Source: Dehalococcoidia bacterium (lineage in GTDB: Bacteria > Chloroflexota > Dehalococcoidia > GIF9 > UBA5629). Taken from it: a DNA stretch of 64,000 bases. Below the pieces are notes generated by a model. The model made no database searches, had not been told where the DNA came from, and worked only from the letters and a program-made list of their open reading frames with translations. Positions 17,968 to 27,234 of the stretch are shown in pieces. The stretch lies in contig DAOTWF010000002.1 of assembly GCA_034435835.1 (NCBI GenBank), positions 64,395-128,394 of the forward strand. The letters run 5' to 3'. The position numbers and the translations under genes are program-made. Numbering within the stretch: the first letter of the stretch is position 1; every line of letters begins with the position of its first letter.

Positions 17968-20403
17968 TTAAACCATACTTACAGGATCAATGTCCACAAT
18001 CCAGCCACGCGGCAGCGCCACTACAGACAGGAGTTCGGGAATGTTCTCTCCACAAATAGTTATCTGCCATTGATAGCGTCCCCTGGCCCGGGGGATGAAC
18101 GACGGCGCGGGACCAATGAAACGGATATTAGACAATCCTACCCTCTGAACCTCATCCTTTAAAACCCTGGCAACCCGCCTTGCCTCCTCACAGCATCGAG
18201 ATTCGTTGGTGTGACTAAATATTAGGCGGGCTAGGCGCCCAAACGGTGGATAGCCGAACTGCCGTCTATAGTTCAACTCCTGAACATAGAACTCCCTGTA
18301 ATCATGCTTTGAAGCCGCTACCACAGCATAATGTTCTGGACAATAGGTCTGGATGATCACCCGCCCCGCTGTAGAACCGCGTCCCGCTCTCCCCGCCACC
18401 TGACACAAGAGCTGAAATGTCCTCTCACTCGCCCTGAAATCTGGTAAGTTCAGGCCAGTATCCGCATTTACCACCCCGACCAGTGTTACACCCGGTAAAT
18501 CCAGCCCCTTTGCCACCATTTGAGTGCCAATGAGTATGTCTGCTTCGTGATTCCGAAATTTGCCCAGCAGTTCTTCGTGAGCCCCGCGCTTGGTAGTCAC
18601 ATCGCTATCCCAGCGGACAACTCTCGCTTGTGGAAAGATACCACGGATTTCCTCCTCCACCTTCTGTGTACCTACGCCCAGAAACTTGAGCCGGTGGCTA
18701 GAGCATCTAGAACAAGTACTTGGCAGAGGTATGGAATAGCTACAGCGATGACATGCCAGTTTCCCCATCGCTGCATGATAGGTCAAAGCTACCGCGCAAT
18801 TCCTGCACTGGAACACAAAACCACATTGCCAACATTGAACAAACGTTGCCGTACCGCGTCTATTCAAAAACAAAATAACCTGCCCCCCGTCGCTGAGTAT
18901 TTCAGACATGGCCTTCAGAAGCCTCCGACTAAACGCACTTCGATTCCCAGACCAGAGTTCTTCCTTGAGGTCAACAACCTCCACCTCGGGCAGCGGTGCA
19001 ACACCTTTTAGCGTAATGCGCTCCTTGAGCTCCACAAGTTCGTATTGCCCTTGCAAGCTCCTGTAGTAAGTCTCTACATCCGGAGTCGCACTTCCCAAGA
19101 TCACGACAGACCCGGTGAGTTCAGCCAGTTTAATGGCTACATCGCGACAATGATAACGTGGGGATTTGTCTGACTGCTTATACGTCCATTCATGTTCTTC
19201 GTCAATAATGATCAGTCCCAGCTGAGGCTGAGGCGCAAAAAGAGCACTTCTAGGTCCAATAACAACATCGCAAGCGCCATCTTTGATTCGGTGCCACTCA
19301 TCAAATTGCTCACCTAGGGACAGTCCGCTGTGCAGCACCGCAATCCTCCCCGGGAACCTAGAGGCAAAACGCTCTATAGTCTGGCGGGTCAAAACAATTT
19401 CTGGCACAAGGCAAATACCGCGCTTGCCCTGAGCCACCACCTGCGCCAGTGCCCGGAGATATATCTCGGTCTTACCGCTACCTGTGACACCGTGCAACAA
19501 AAAAACCAAGGGCGATTTATGCTGGCTCTGCTGAACCATCTGACTGAGAATTTTCTGCCAGGCTTCCCTCTGCGATGGAGTCAGCTCTGGGGGCAAAGTG
19601 TACCCGATCTGCAAGTCTGCCAAAGGTTCCCTCTTCCTTTCCACAGACTCAACCACCACCAACCCTTTATTTTTCAAGGAATCAATTACTGAACTTGAAC
19701 AACCTACTTTTCGTTGCACATCAGCTGAACGAAGAAGTCCGCCCTGTTCAATCAGAAAATCTAGAACCGCCACTTGTTTGTAAGCCCTAGTATCCCTTAG
19801 ACGGGCAACCTCGCCCTCAATGGCAGCGGGCGGCAGCCCGAGTCTCAAAAACGGTTCCAGTTTGGGCTTTACCCTGATCCGCTGCAGCTCCTCACTCTTA
19901 ACTAAAAACCCACACCGTACCAACCGCTCCACCCCCTTCCTCGCTTTCTTCTTGCCAAACCTTCTTTCAAGTTCTTTCAGGCTCACCTTTCCTCTGCTGG
20001 CAAGAAAATTCACAATCTGTCTTAGTGCAGGCTCTAACTCCTCGGTACCGTGGGGCTGTGAAGCTAACCGCAAAAAGATAACCAGATGGCGCTCAAAACC
20101 GGGCGGTAACATTAAAGCAACAGCATCAAACAAAGGGGATAGATAATGCCTGCTCATCCAGAAAGCAAGTTCAATCTGCGCAGGAGAAAGCAGAGGATAC
20201 GAGGTAATAATATCGCTGATCGGCTTGGTAACCTCGACAGCGGGGTAGTCGCCCAGCCCGACAATAATGCCCTGCACAATCTTGGAGCCAAAAGGCACCC
20301 AGACGGCTTGCCCTACTTCAACCTTCAACTGCGGGGACACAGAATAACAAAAAGTGCACTGCCGGGCAAAGGACGTATTGACCGCCACATCTGCATACTT
20401 CAT
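17968..20403 (-). CDS. priA: Primosomal replication-restart helicase PriA
   Basis: 811 aa. Walker A GVTGSGKTEIY, DEEH box, Cys-rich zinc insertion CWQCG...CRNC...CHRC...CSRC. Confidence 0.92.
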   Translation of the reverse strand: MKYADVAVNTSFARQCTFCYSVSPQLKVEVGQAVWVPFGSKIVQGIIVGLGDYPAVEVTKPISDIITSYPLLSPAQIELAFWMSRHYLSPLFDAVALMLPPGFERHLVIFLRLASQPHGTEELEPALRQIVNFLASRGKVSLKELERRFGKKKARKGVERLVRCGFLVKSEELQRIRVKPKLEPFLRLGLPPAAIEGEVARLRDTRAYKQVAVLDFLIEQGGLLRSADVQRKVGCSSSVIDSLKNKGLVVVESVERKREPLADLQIGYTLPPELTPSQREAWQKILSQMVQQSQHKSPLVFLLHGVTGSGKTEIYLRALAQVVAQGKRGICLVPEIVLTRQTIERFASRFPGRIAVLHSGLSLGEQFDEWHRIKDGACDVVIGPRSALFAPQPQLGLIIIDEEHEWTYKQSDKSPRYHCRDVAIKLAELTGSVVILGSATPDVETYYRSLQGQYELVELKERITLKGVAPLPEVEVVDLKEELWSGNRSAFSRRLLKAMSEILSDGGQVILFLNRRGTATFVQCWQCGFVFQCRNCAVALTYHAAMGKLACHRCSYSIPLPSTCSRCSSHRLKFLGVGTQKVEEEIRGIFPQARVVRWDSDVTTKRGAHEELLGKFRNHEADILIGTQMVAKGLDLPGVTLVGVVNADTGLNLPDFRASERTFQLLCQVAGRAGRGSTAGRVIIQTYCPEHYAVVAASKHDYREFYVQELNYRRQFGYPPFGRLARLIFSHTNESRCCEEARRVARVLKDEVQRVGLSNIRFIGPAPSFIPRARGRYQWQITICGENIPELLSVVALPRGWIVDIDPVSMV

Positions 20404-20423
20404 CCCATCACTTTGGCTTTCGT

Positions 20424-20858
20424 TTACGCCTTTTCCTCGATCCCCGCACTATTCACTGGCTCGCCGATCTGTTCCCCCTCACTTGCGGACATTTCTGATA
20501 CGGTCGCCTCGGCAATTTTCTCCCGTCTTTCTTTAAGGCGTGATTCCCGGGCGCTGAGCCTTCGTATGTAGTACAGTTTCGCCCTTCGAACCTTACCACG
20601 GCGCACCACCTCTACCCTCTCCAGAAATGGGGAGCCAAATGGAAAAGTATGCTCCACACCAACACCATAAGCGACTTTTCTAATGGTAAAGCTACCGCCA
20701 CCACCACCAAGCCTCACTTTAACTACGAGCCCCTGCAAGATCTGAACACGCTCCCTGTTAGCCTCTCTAACTCTGAAACTTACCCTGACCATGTCGCCTG
20801 GAGCAATGTCTGGTACCACGGAATTCGTCTTGGTTCGAAGAGAAGTACTGGACTCCAT
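20424..20858 (-). CDS. rplS: 50S ribosomal protein L19 (with acidic C-terminal extension)
   Basis: 144 aa. Contains PGDMVRVSFRV.E..RERVQILQGLVV and VRRAKLYYIRRL. Downstream of trmD. Confidence 0.9.
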   Translation of the reverse strand: MESSTSLRTKTNSVVPDIAPGDMVRVSFRVREANRERVQILQGLVVKVRLGGGGGSFTIRKVAYGVGVEHTFPFGSPFLERVEVVRRGKVRRAKLYYIRRLSARESRLKERREKIAEATVSEMSASEGEQIGEPVNSAGIEEKA

Positions 20859-20872
20859 TTTTTACACCCTCA

Positions 20873-21613
20873 TTAATAACTAGTTTGCAAAATTTTACTG
20901 AGCAGCCTCTTTTCCTCTTCGGAAAGAGCGACCTTTGCTAATAGATCGGGACGCCGCTTTGCTGTCCGTAGCAGACTTTGCTGACGGCGCCATTTGGCAA
21001 CAGCACCGTGATCACCAGAAAGGAGCACCTGGGGAACTGCCCATCCCCGAAAGACTGCTGGTCGGGTGTATTGGGGGTACTCTAACAACCCTTTAATATA
21101 CGAGTCATCATCTAAAGATTCCTCTGAACCAAGTACCCCGGGCAAGAGCCTGACAACACTGTCAACCACAGCCATGGCAGCTACCTCACCGCCGCTCAAT
21201 ATATAGTCACCAATGCTGATCTCATCAGTAGCCAGATGCTCTGCCACCCTTTCGTCAACACCTTCATAACGTCCACAAATAAGCATGATCGAGCTGAAGC
21301 CAGCGAGCTGCCGAGCAATTTCTTGGTTGAACAGCCGACCCTGGGGAGTGAGCAAAATGACGGGTACAAAGGATAAACAGAGCTCAGATTTAATAGCCTC
21401 AACAGCCTCAAAGATGGGTTCCGGTTTTAATACCATGCCAGCCCCACCACCATAGGGATAGTCATCGACAGTCCGATGCTTATCGTGGGCATAATCCCGT
21501 ATATTATGGACCCTGATATTAACAAGCTGGCGCTCTCTTGCCCGTCCGATAATACTCGCGCTGACAAAACCGTCAAACATTTGGGGAAATAGAGTCAAAA
21601 CATCAATGCGCAT
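20873..21613 (-). CDS. trmD: tRNA (guanine37-N1)-methyltransferase
   Basis: 246 aa. Motifs [12 protein letters not shown] and [11 protein letters not shown]. Confidence 0.92.
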   Translation of the reverse strand: MRIDVLTLFPQMFDGFVSASIIGRARERQLVNIRVHNIRDYAHDKHRTVDDYPYGGGAGMVLKPEPIFEAVEAIKSELCLSFVPVILLTPQGRLFNQEIARQLAGFSSIMLICGRYEGVDERVAEHLATDEISIGDYILSGGEVAAMAVVDSVVRLLPGVLGSEESLDDDSYIKGLLEYPQYTRPAVFRGWAVPQVLLSGDHGAVAKWRRQQSLLRTAKRRPDLLAKVALSEEEKRLLSKILQTSY

Positions 21614-21625
21614 CTCTAAAACCCG

Positions 21626-22105
21626 CTATGCATGGCCTTTGCCGCTCAAAATCTCCATCGCATGAGGTATGACAGGCAAAATAACCTCGAAACACTCCCT
21701 CACTGCAACAGGACTACCAGGAAGATTGATAATTAAGCACTTACCTCGGCTCCCGGCAACAGCCCTACTTATCAACGCCTCCGGTTTCTTCTTGGCTGTC
21801 ATCACTCTCATCGCCTCGGTTAGACCGGGGATTATCCTCTCGACCACTGCTAGGGTCGCCTCAGGAGTAACATCCCTAACTGCCAAACCTGTACCTCCGC
21901 TGGTCACGATAAGGTCAAGTCCATCCACATCCACCCACTGCCTCAAGGTGGATGAGATCGTCTCCATTTCATCAGGCACTACGGCATACATGTCCACACT
22001 AACGCCCAGCCGCTTAACATACTCACAGGCCACCTTACCACTCTTATCACCCTCCTCACCACGCCACCTCCTATCGCTAATCACAAGTACTCCGCCGCGA
22101 AACAT
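21626..22105 (-). CDS. moaB: MoaB/MogA-family molybdopterin adenylyltransferase
   Basis: 159 aa. Motifs TSGGTGLAVRDVTPEA and INLPGSP. Confidence 0.8.
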   Translation of the reverse strand: MFRGGVLVISDRRWRGEEGDKSGKVACEYVKRLGVSVDMYAVVPDEMETISSTLRQWVDVDGLDLIVTSGGTGLAVRDVTPEATLAVVERIIPGLTEAMRVMTAKKKPEALISRAVAGSRGKCLIINLPGSPVAVRECFEVILPVIPHAMEILSGKGHA

Positions 22106-22289
22106 TTGACTATTTTACCACATCCATCGAAAGCTTGAAACTGCAACTCTTGCGCACTAAGCCCCATCATAAAAATAACCACTTCATGCTACAAAATATA
22201 GGGGGCCAAAAAGCGTATCCACAATATATAGAAACCACGCTGTAGTCGGTACATCCCTGAAATGTTAAAAAATCGCAAAAAGTACGAAA

Positions 22290-22364
22290 AAAGTGTGGTA
22301 AAAGTATTGACAATCTGGGTGACAAGTGTTCTATAATGGTGGAAAGTGGGAAAAAGTGGGAAAA
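22290..22364 (+). promoter_or_regulatory. Putative dcw-cluster promoter with MraZ-box-like direct repeats
   Basis: TTGACA at 22307-22312 and TATAAT at 22332-22337, with a 19-nt spacer (long). A perfect tandem repeat AGTGGGAAAA is present twice (22345-22354 and 22355-22364); read another way it is AAAGTGG-GAA-AAAGTGG. A further AAAGTGT lies at 22290-22296. Confidence 0.4.
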
Positions 22365-22375
22365 GGAGGTGACGC

Positions 22376-22738
22376 ATGATTGACTGTGTGCAATACCGGG
22401 TAGGTAACAGTAAGTTGCTCCATTTTCTGAAGGGGAACAATCATAGCAACATCGAGCTTCAGTTGATCCGCTTTTGGTCCCGCCATCCGCGAGCGAAGTT
22501 AAGTCTATGTGCGATTGCTTGTGCTCTAGACATGGCGAGAATCAATCTCAGGGATGCTATTAAAGCACTTGTCGTCAAAGGAATATTGCAAGAGCAGACC
22601 AACGGCAATGGTCTGGTCACCTATTCGCTCAGTGACAGGGCAGAGGTACAGGAATGCATAGAAGAACTGACCAAACTGGACTGGCGAGAGGTGAGGATAC
22701 TGGAGCGCCAACTCGAGAGTGAAGCCGTTCTAGCTTAA
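22376..22738 (+). CDS. Small winged-helix (MarR/ArsR-like) protein of unknown function, first gene of the mraZ cluster
   Basis: 120 aa. RBS AAGGAGGTG. The segment LSLCAIACALDMARINLRDAIKALVVKGILQEQ looks like an HTH plus wing. Its stop lies 10 nt before mraZ. Confidence 0.55.
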   Translation: MIDCVQYRVGNSKLLHFLKGNNHSNIELQLIRFWSRHPRAKLSLCAIACALDMARINLRDAIKALVVKGILQEQTNGNGLVTYSLSDRAEVQECIEELTKLDWREVRILERQLESEAVLA

Positions 22739-22748
22739 GAAAAGGCAA

Positions 22749-23174
22749 ATGTTCCTCGGCGAGTACGAATATAAAGTAGACAACAAAGGCAGGTTACCTC
22801 TGCCTCCGAAATTCAGACAGGAACTCGGAGGAGAATTGATGGTTACCAGAGGCGCCGAAAGATGCATCGTCCTGTACACGGCAGCGGAATGGCGCAAGCT
22901 GGCTGACCAACTAGCGTCACAGACCGTATCCCCTAGTAAACTGCGCAGGCTAAACCGCGTGCTGTTTGGCGCTGCATTCAGCCTGGCACTTGACGGACAA
23001 GGCAGAATCGCGCTACCACAGCCGTTACGTCAATACGCACAAATAGAAGACACGGCTGTCATAGTAGGCGCCAACAATTGTGTCGAGATATGGAATTCGG
23101 AGCTCTGGAATGCTGAAAAAGCATCCGCTGAAGAGCAAGTCTGGCAAATCATAGAAAGCCTTGAGGGGCAATAA
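22749..23174 (+). CDS. mraZ: Transcriptional regulator MraZ
   Basis: 141 aa. MFLGEYEYKVDNKGRLPLP and a second DGQGRIALP repeat. Confidence 0.92.
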   Translation: MFLGEYEYKVDNKGRLPLPPKFRQELGGELMVTRGAERCIVLYTAAEWRKLADQLASQTVSPSKLRRLNRVLFGAAFSLALDGQGRIALPQPLRQYAQIEDTAVIVGANNCVEIWNSELWNAEKASAEEQVWQIIESLEGQ

Positions 23175-24109
23175 TGAGCTTAGCCGTCATGCTACCGATT
23201 CATAAACCGGTGATGCTGTATGAAGTGATCGAAGCGTTGCATGTCAAGCCGGGGAAGCGATACGTTGACTGCACAACCGGCTCAGGTGGACATGCCGAAG
23301 CGATCCTGCGGAGAATCTTGCCACATGGACAGCTTCTCGGAATTGATATAGATAGCGAGGCCATTAAGATCGCCAGAGATAGACTGGCAGAGTTTAGGGA
23401 CAATATAACTCTGGTACACGGCAATTTTGCCAATCTTCGAAGTATCTGCGAGGAAAACAACTTTATTCCGGTCCACGGCATACTGTTCGACCTAGGTGTC
23501 TCCTCGACACAACTGGACACGGCGGAGAGGGGATTCAGCTTCCGCTATGATGCTCCGTTGGACATGCGCTTTAATCAAGAGGAAATGCTGACTGCCGCTG
23601 ATATTGTGAACACGTTTCCAGAGCAAAAACTGAACCACATAATAAGGAGTCACGGTGAGGAGAGGTACAGTCGCCTGATAGCTCGTCAAATTGTCAGGAA
23701 TCGTCCTATAACCAGCACGCTTCACCTGGCACGCATAATTGAACAAGCAATTGGCCATCGATATAGCAAAATCCACCCGGCAACGAAGACTTTCTTAGCA
23801 TTGCGTATCGCCGTTAATCGTGAGCTGGAAAATTTGACTTTAGCCCTGGCACAGGCTCTGGACTGTCTGGAGTCAGGAGGACGACTGGTCGTTATTAGCT
23901 ACCATTCACTTGAGGATCGAATCGTCAAACAGTTCATAAGTAGAGAAAGCAAAGGGTGTATTTGTCCCCCTGAAATATTAGTATGTCACTGCAATCGCGT
24001 TGCCAGGCTGAAAACCATTTCAAGAAAAGCCATTTCTCCATCAATCGCCGAGGTCAGAGCCAACCCACGCAGCCGCAGTGCCAAACTTAGGATAGCAGAA
24101 CGTGTTTGA
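23174..24109 (+). CDS. rsmH: 16S rRNA (cytosine1402-N4)-methyltransferase
   Basis: 311 aa. Motifs DCTTGSGGHA, GILFDLGVSS and ISYHSLEDR. Confidence 0.92.
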   Translation: MSLAVMLPIHKPVMLYEVIEALHVKPGKRYVDCTTGSGGHAEAILRRILPHGQLLGIDIDSEAIKIARDRLAEFRDNITLVHGNFANLRSICEENNFIPVHGILFDLGVSSTQLDTAERGFSFRYDAPLDMRFNQEEMLTAADIVNTFPEQKLNHIIRSHGEERYSRLIARQIVRNRPITSTLHLARIIEQAIGHRYSKIHPATKTFLALRIAVNRELENLTLALAQALDCLESGGRLVVISYHSLEDRIVKQFISRESKGCICPPEILVCHCNRVARLKTISRKAISPSIAEVRANPRSRSAKLRIAERV

Positions 24110-24176
24110 AATCTTGAAAAGGTATTTATCACACAGACACACGCAGCTTGAAGAAATCACAAAAGGGAGGTAAGAG

Positions 24177-25391
24177 ATGAAAAAAGTTATCGCAGCCATC
24201 GACGTAGGAACAACAAAAGTATGTACTATAGTCGGCACCCTGGACTCGGGGGGTAATATCCAAGTTCTCGGCGTGGGTCTCGTGCCCTCGCACGGACTGC
24301 ATAAAGGGATGGTGGTTAACGTAGAGGAGGCTAGGGAATCGGTTACTGAATCTGTAAGACGTGCCGAACAAGCAAGTGGCTTGAAAATAGAAAGTGCTTA
24401 TGTCGGTGTTACCGGGAGACATATAAGCTCCATGAACAGCCACGGCGTCGTTGCCATACCACGCAACGACCGCCTAGTACGATCTGAGGACCTAAAAAGA
24501 GTACTGGCTGCAGCTCAGCAAGTCAACTTGCCGGATGACCGGAAAATACTTCATGCCATTCCACGCAGCTATATGCTGGACAACCAGGAAAGGATAAAAA
24601 ACCCTGTAGGAATGCACGGCTTCAGGTTGGATGTAGAAACGCACATAATCACTGCAGCCGTCGCCTCGGTACAAAACTTGGTCAAGTGTATTCGCAGCGT
24701 CGGTGTTGAAATTCAGGACCTCATCCTAGAGCCGCTTGCCAGTGGCGAAGCAGTATTGACACCTGAAGAAAGAGAGGTGGGTGTCATCCTTGCCGACATT
24801 GGTGGTGGTACCACTGACATAGCCGTCTTCAAAGATGGCAGTATATACCATACATCGGTAATTCCTGTAGCTGGCTACCAAGTCACCAGTGATCTGTCCA
24901 TTGGCCTGGGACTACCCTTTGAGATCGCCGAGGCGATGAAGAAAAAGTACGGTAATGTATATCCTGAAGTGCTTACCAAGAGCCAGGAGACCATGCTCAC
25001 AGTTGAAGATGGGCACAGCGTTTCCTATAGGGACCTGTGCAACATCATAAAAGTACGCATGGAAGAACTGCTCAGACTTATCCTCCTGGAAATGCCAGAT
25101 TCGAATTATGCTTCACTGGCACCCGCAGGCCTAGTGCTGACCGGAGGTTCCTCCAAACTTGCAGGGTTGGAAGCTTTAGCCCGAACAACGATCCGTATAC
25201 CCACCAGAATCGGCGAGCCCATGGGTGTATATGGCATTACAGATATCCTTCATGATCCAGCCCATGCAACAGGAGTCGGTCTTCTACTATGGGGCACCAG
25301 AAACCAGGGGAAGCCAGCTTGGGAGGCAAAAAGACAGAGTGGCATCCTTGGCGGCTTTGTGAAAGCGCTTAAAAAATTCTTCGGTGTTTAA
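24177..25391 (+). CDS. ftsA: Cell division protein FtsA
   Basis: 404 aa. Actin-fold motifs AIDVGTTKV and DIGGGTTD. RBS AGGGAGG. Confidence 0.9.
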   Translation: MKKVIAAIDVGTTKVCTIVGTLDSGGNIQVLGVGLVPSHGLHKGMVVNVEEARESVTESVRRAEQASGLKIESAYVGVTGRHISSMNSHGVVAIPRNDRLVRSEDLKRVLAAAQQVNLPDDRKILHAIPRSYMLDNQERIKNPVGMHGFRLDVETHIITAAVASVQNLVKCIRSVGVEIQDLILEPLASGEAVLTPEEREVGVILADIGGGTTDIAVFKDGSIYHTSVIPVAGYQVTSDLSIGLGLPFEIAEAMKKKYGNVYPEVLTKSQETMLTVEDGHSVSYRDLCNIIKVRMEELLRLILLEMPDSNYASLAPAGLVLTGGSSKLAGLEALARTTIRIPTRIGEPMGVYGITDILHDPAHATGVGLLLWGTRNQGKPAWEAKRQSGILGGFVKALKKFFGV

Positions 25392-25445
25392 CGAATAGAA
25401 AAATATTAATAGAAAAGTATTACAGGAAAGGAGGTTTATGAAAAG

Positions 25446-26543
25446 ATGGCAAAATCGACGTTCTCCATGGCACCGGCGAGGATCAAGGCGATCGGCATCG
25501 GAGGTGGCGGTTCAAACGCCATCACAAGAATGGTGAGAGAAAGCATCAAAGGCGTTGAGTTCATCACCATGAACACCGATGCCCAAGCCCTCGCCCTGTC
25601 CGAAGCACCAATTCGCGTCCAGCTTGGTGAAAAACTCACCAGAGGTTTGGGCGCAGGTGGTGACCACACCGTAGGAGCCGCGGCCGCAGAAGAAAGCCGC
25701 CAGACCATCCAAGAGGTAGTCTCCGGAGCCGATATGGTCTTCGTCACCGCAGGCATGGGCGGTGGCACTGGTACCGGTGGCATACCTGTTGTGGCCGAAA
25801 TAGCCAGGCAGAGCGGTGCCCTCACCATCGGTGTGGTCACCAAACCGTTCAGTTTTGAAGGAACCAGACGCACCAAAGTTGCTGAAGAAGGCATCTTAAA
25901 CCTCTGCGAAAAGGTTGACACCCTGATAATAATTCCAAACGACCGCTTGCTGGAGCTGTGCGATGCCAAGACAACGGTCGACAACGCCTTCAGGCTGGCT
26001 GACAATGTTCTCAGACTAGCAGTTCAAGCCATAGCCGAGGTCGTCACTGTGCCCGGTCTCATCAACCTAGACTTCGCGGATATCAGGTCAATAATGAAAA
26101 ACGCAGGACCTGCATGGATGTCAGTCGGGCGAGCCAGCGGTCAAAACAGGGCGGTCGAAGCCGCCAGAGCAGCCCTCGCCAGTCCTCTCCTCGATGTCTC
26201 AGTAAATGGCGCCAAGGGGGTGCTCTTCAATGTCACCGGTGGCAGCAATCTGACACTGTTCGAATGCAACGAGGCGGCTGAGGTGATAGCTCAGGCAGTA
26301 GACCCGGATGCCAATATAATCTTTGGTGTCGTCTTCAACCCTCAGATGGAAGATGAAATACAGATCACCATAATAGCCACTGGATTTACTGCTCAGTACG
26401 GAGCCGGTGTCCCCACCGAGGCTGAGCTACGCCGTCTCCTGCGCGGTGTTGCTGAAGATAGCTTGGACGTCCCATCTTTTCTCCGTCGTGCACCGCAGTA
26501 CCCCGCTGCGCGCCCTGCACCTACCCCCAAAATGCCCCTATAG
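25446..26543 (+). CDS. ftsZ: Cell division GTPase FtsZ
   Basis: 365 aa. Motifs GIGGGGSNA and GMGGGTGTG, plus the conserved C-terminal peptide DVPSFLRR. Confidence 0.95.
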   Translation: MAKSTFSMAPARIKAIGIGGGGSNAITRMVRESIKGVEFITMNTDAQALALSEAPIRVQLGEKLTRGLGAGGDHTVGAAAAEESRQTIQEVVSGADMVFVTAGMGGGTGTGGIPVVAEIARQSGALTIGVVTKPFSFEGTRRTKVAEEGILNLCEKVDTLIIIPNDRLLELCDAKTTVDNAFRLADNVLRLAVQAIAEVVTVPGLINLDFADIRSIMKNAGPAWMSVGRASGQNRAVEAARAALASPLLDVSVNGAKGVLFNVTGGSNLTLFECNEAAEVIAQAVDPDANIIFGVVFNPQMEDEIQITIIATGFTAQYGAGVPTEAELRRLLRGVAEDSLDVPSFLRRAPQYPAARPAPTPKMPL

Positions 26544-26570
26544 CCCCCTCACCCACCTCACCCTCCCCGA

Positions 26571-26607
26571 ACAGAGCGGCAACCGGAGTTGCCGCTCTGT
26601 TTTTTTG
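26571..26607 (+). terminator. Intrinsic terminator after ftsZ
   Basis: 13-bp perfect stem ACAGAGCGGCAAC / GTTGCCGCTCTGT, loop CGGA, followed by TTTTTTT. Confidence 0.85.
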
Positions 26608-26620
26608 ATACACTAACAGG

Positions 26621-26649
26621 TTGACAATTCCCATATCTTGGGTTAAAAT
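26621..26649 (+). promoter_or_regulatory. Sigma70-like promoter of nrdR-nrdJ with an inverted repeat in the spacer
   Basis: TTGACA at 26621-26626, exact 17-nt spacer, TAAAAT at 26644-26649. The spacer contains CCCA-TATCT-TGGG, a possible operator. Confidence 0.45.
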
Positions 26650-26679
26650 AACAGCATACCACAGTTTCTTGGGGGTAGT

Positions 26680-27234
26680 ATGAGGTGTCCATATTGCGGT
26701 GACTCTGAGAGCAAAGTGATTGATTCGAGGGATGTTGGAGAGGGTATAAGGCGCCGGCGCCAGTGTCTTAAATGTCAAGCTCGCTTTACCACCTACGAGC
26801 AACCGCAGCTGCGCAATCTATTTGTAATCAAAAAGGATGGTCGCCGGGAGGAGTTCAACCGTGACAAGATACTTATAGGGATACGCAAGGCATGCGAGAA
26901 ACGTCCGCTACCCACCGGTACAATTGACAAAATAGCCGATGATATCGAAGCCGAGCTGTATCGCCTTGGGAAGACCGAGGTTCCCAGCTCTTTGATCGGT
27001 GACATGGTAATGGATAGGCTCCATAACCTCGATCATATAGCATACATTAGATTTGCCAGTGTCTACCGCGAATTTGCTGATATAGCCACTCTAAAACAAG
27101 TGGTTGACACCCTAGTGGACTCTAGAGCTAAAAGGCCACCGGCTGGTCAGTTGCCACTACTACCGGAAGATGAACTGAAACTTCCGGGACGCCGGCAGCA
27201 GAGAAGGAAACAGGATGTCAAAACAACAAAATAA
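26680..27234 (+). CDS. nrdR: Transcriptional repressor NrdR
   Basis: 184 aa. Zinc ribbon MRCPYCG...CLKC, then an ATP-cone (VIKKDGRREEFNRDKI). Basic C-terminal tail. Confidence 0.92.
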   Translation: MRCPYCGDSESKVIDSRDVGEGIRRRRQCLKCQARFTTYEQPQLRNLFVIKKDGRREEFNRDKILIGIRKACEKRPLPTGTIDKIADDIEAELYRLGKTEVPSSLIGDMVMDRLHNLDHIAYIRFASVYREFADIATLKQVVDTLVDSRAKRPPAGQLPLLPEDELKLPGRRQQRRKQDVKTTK

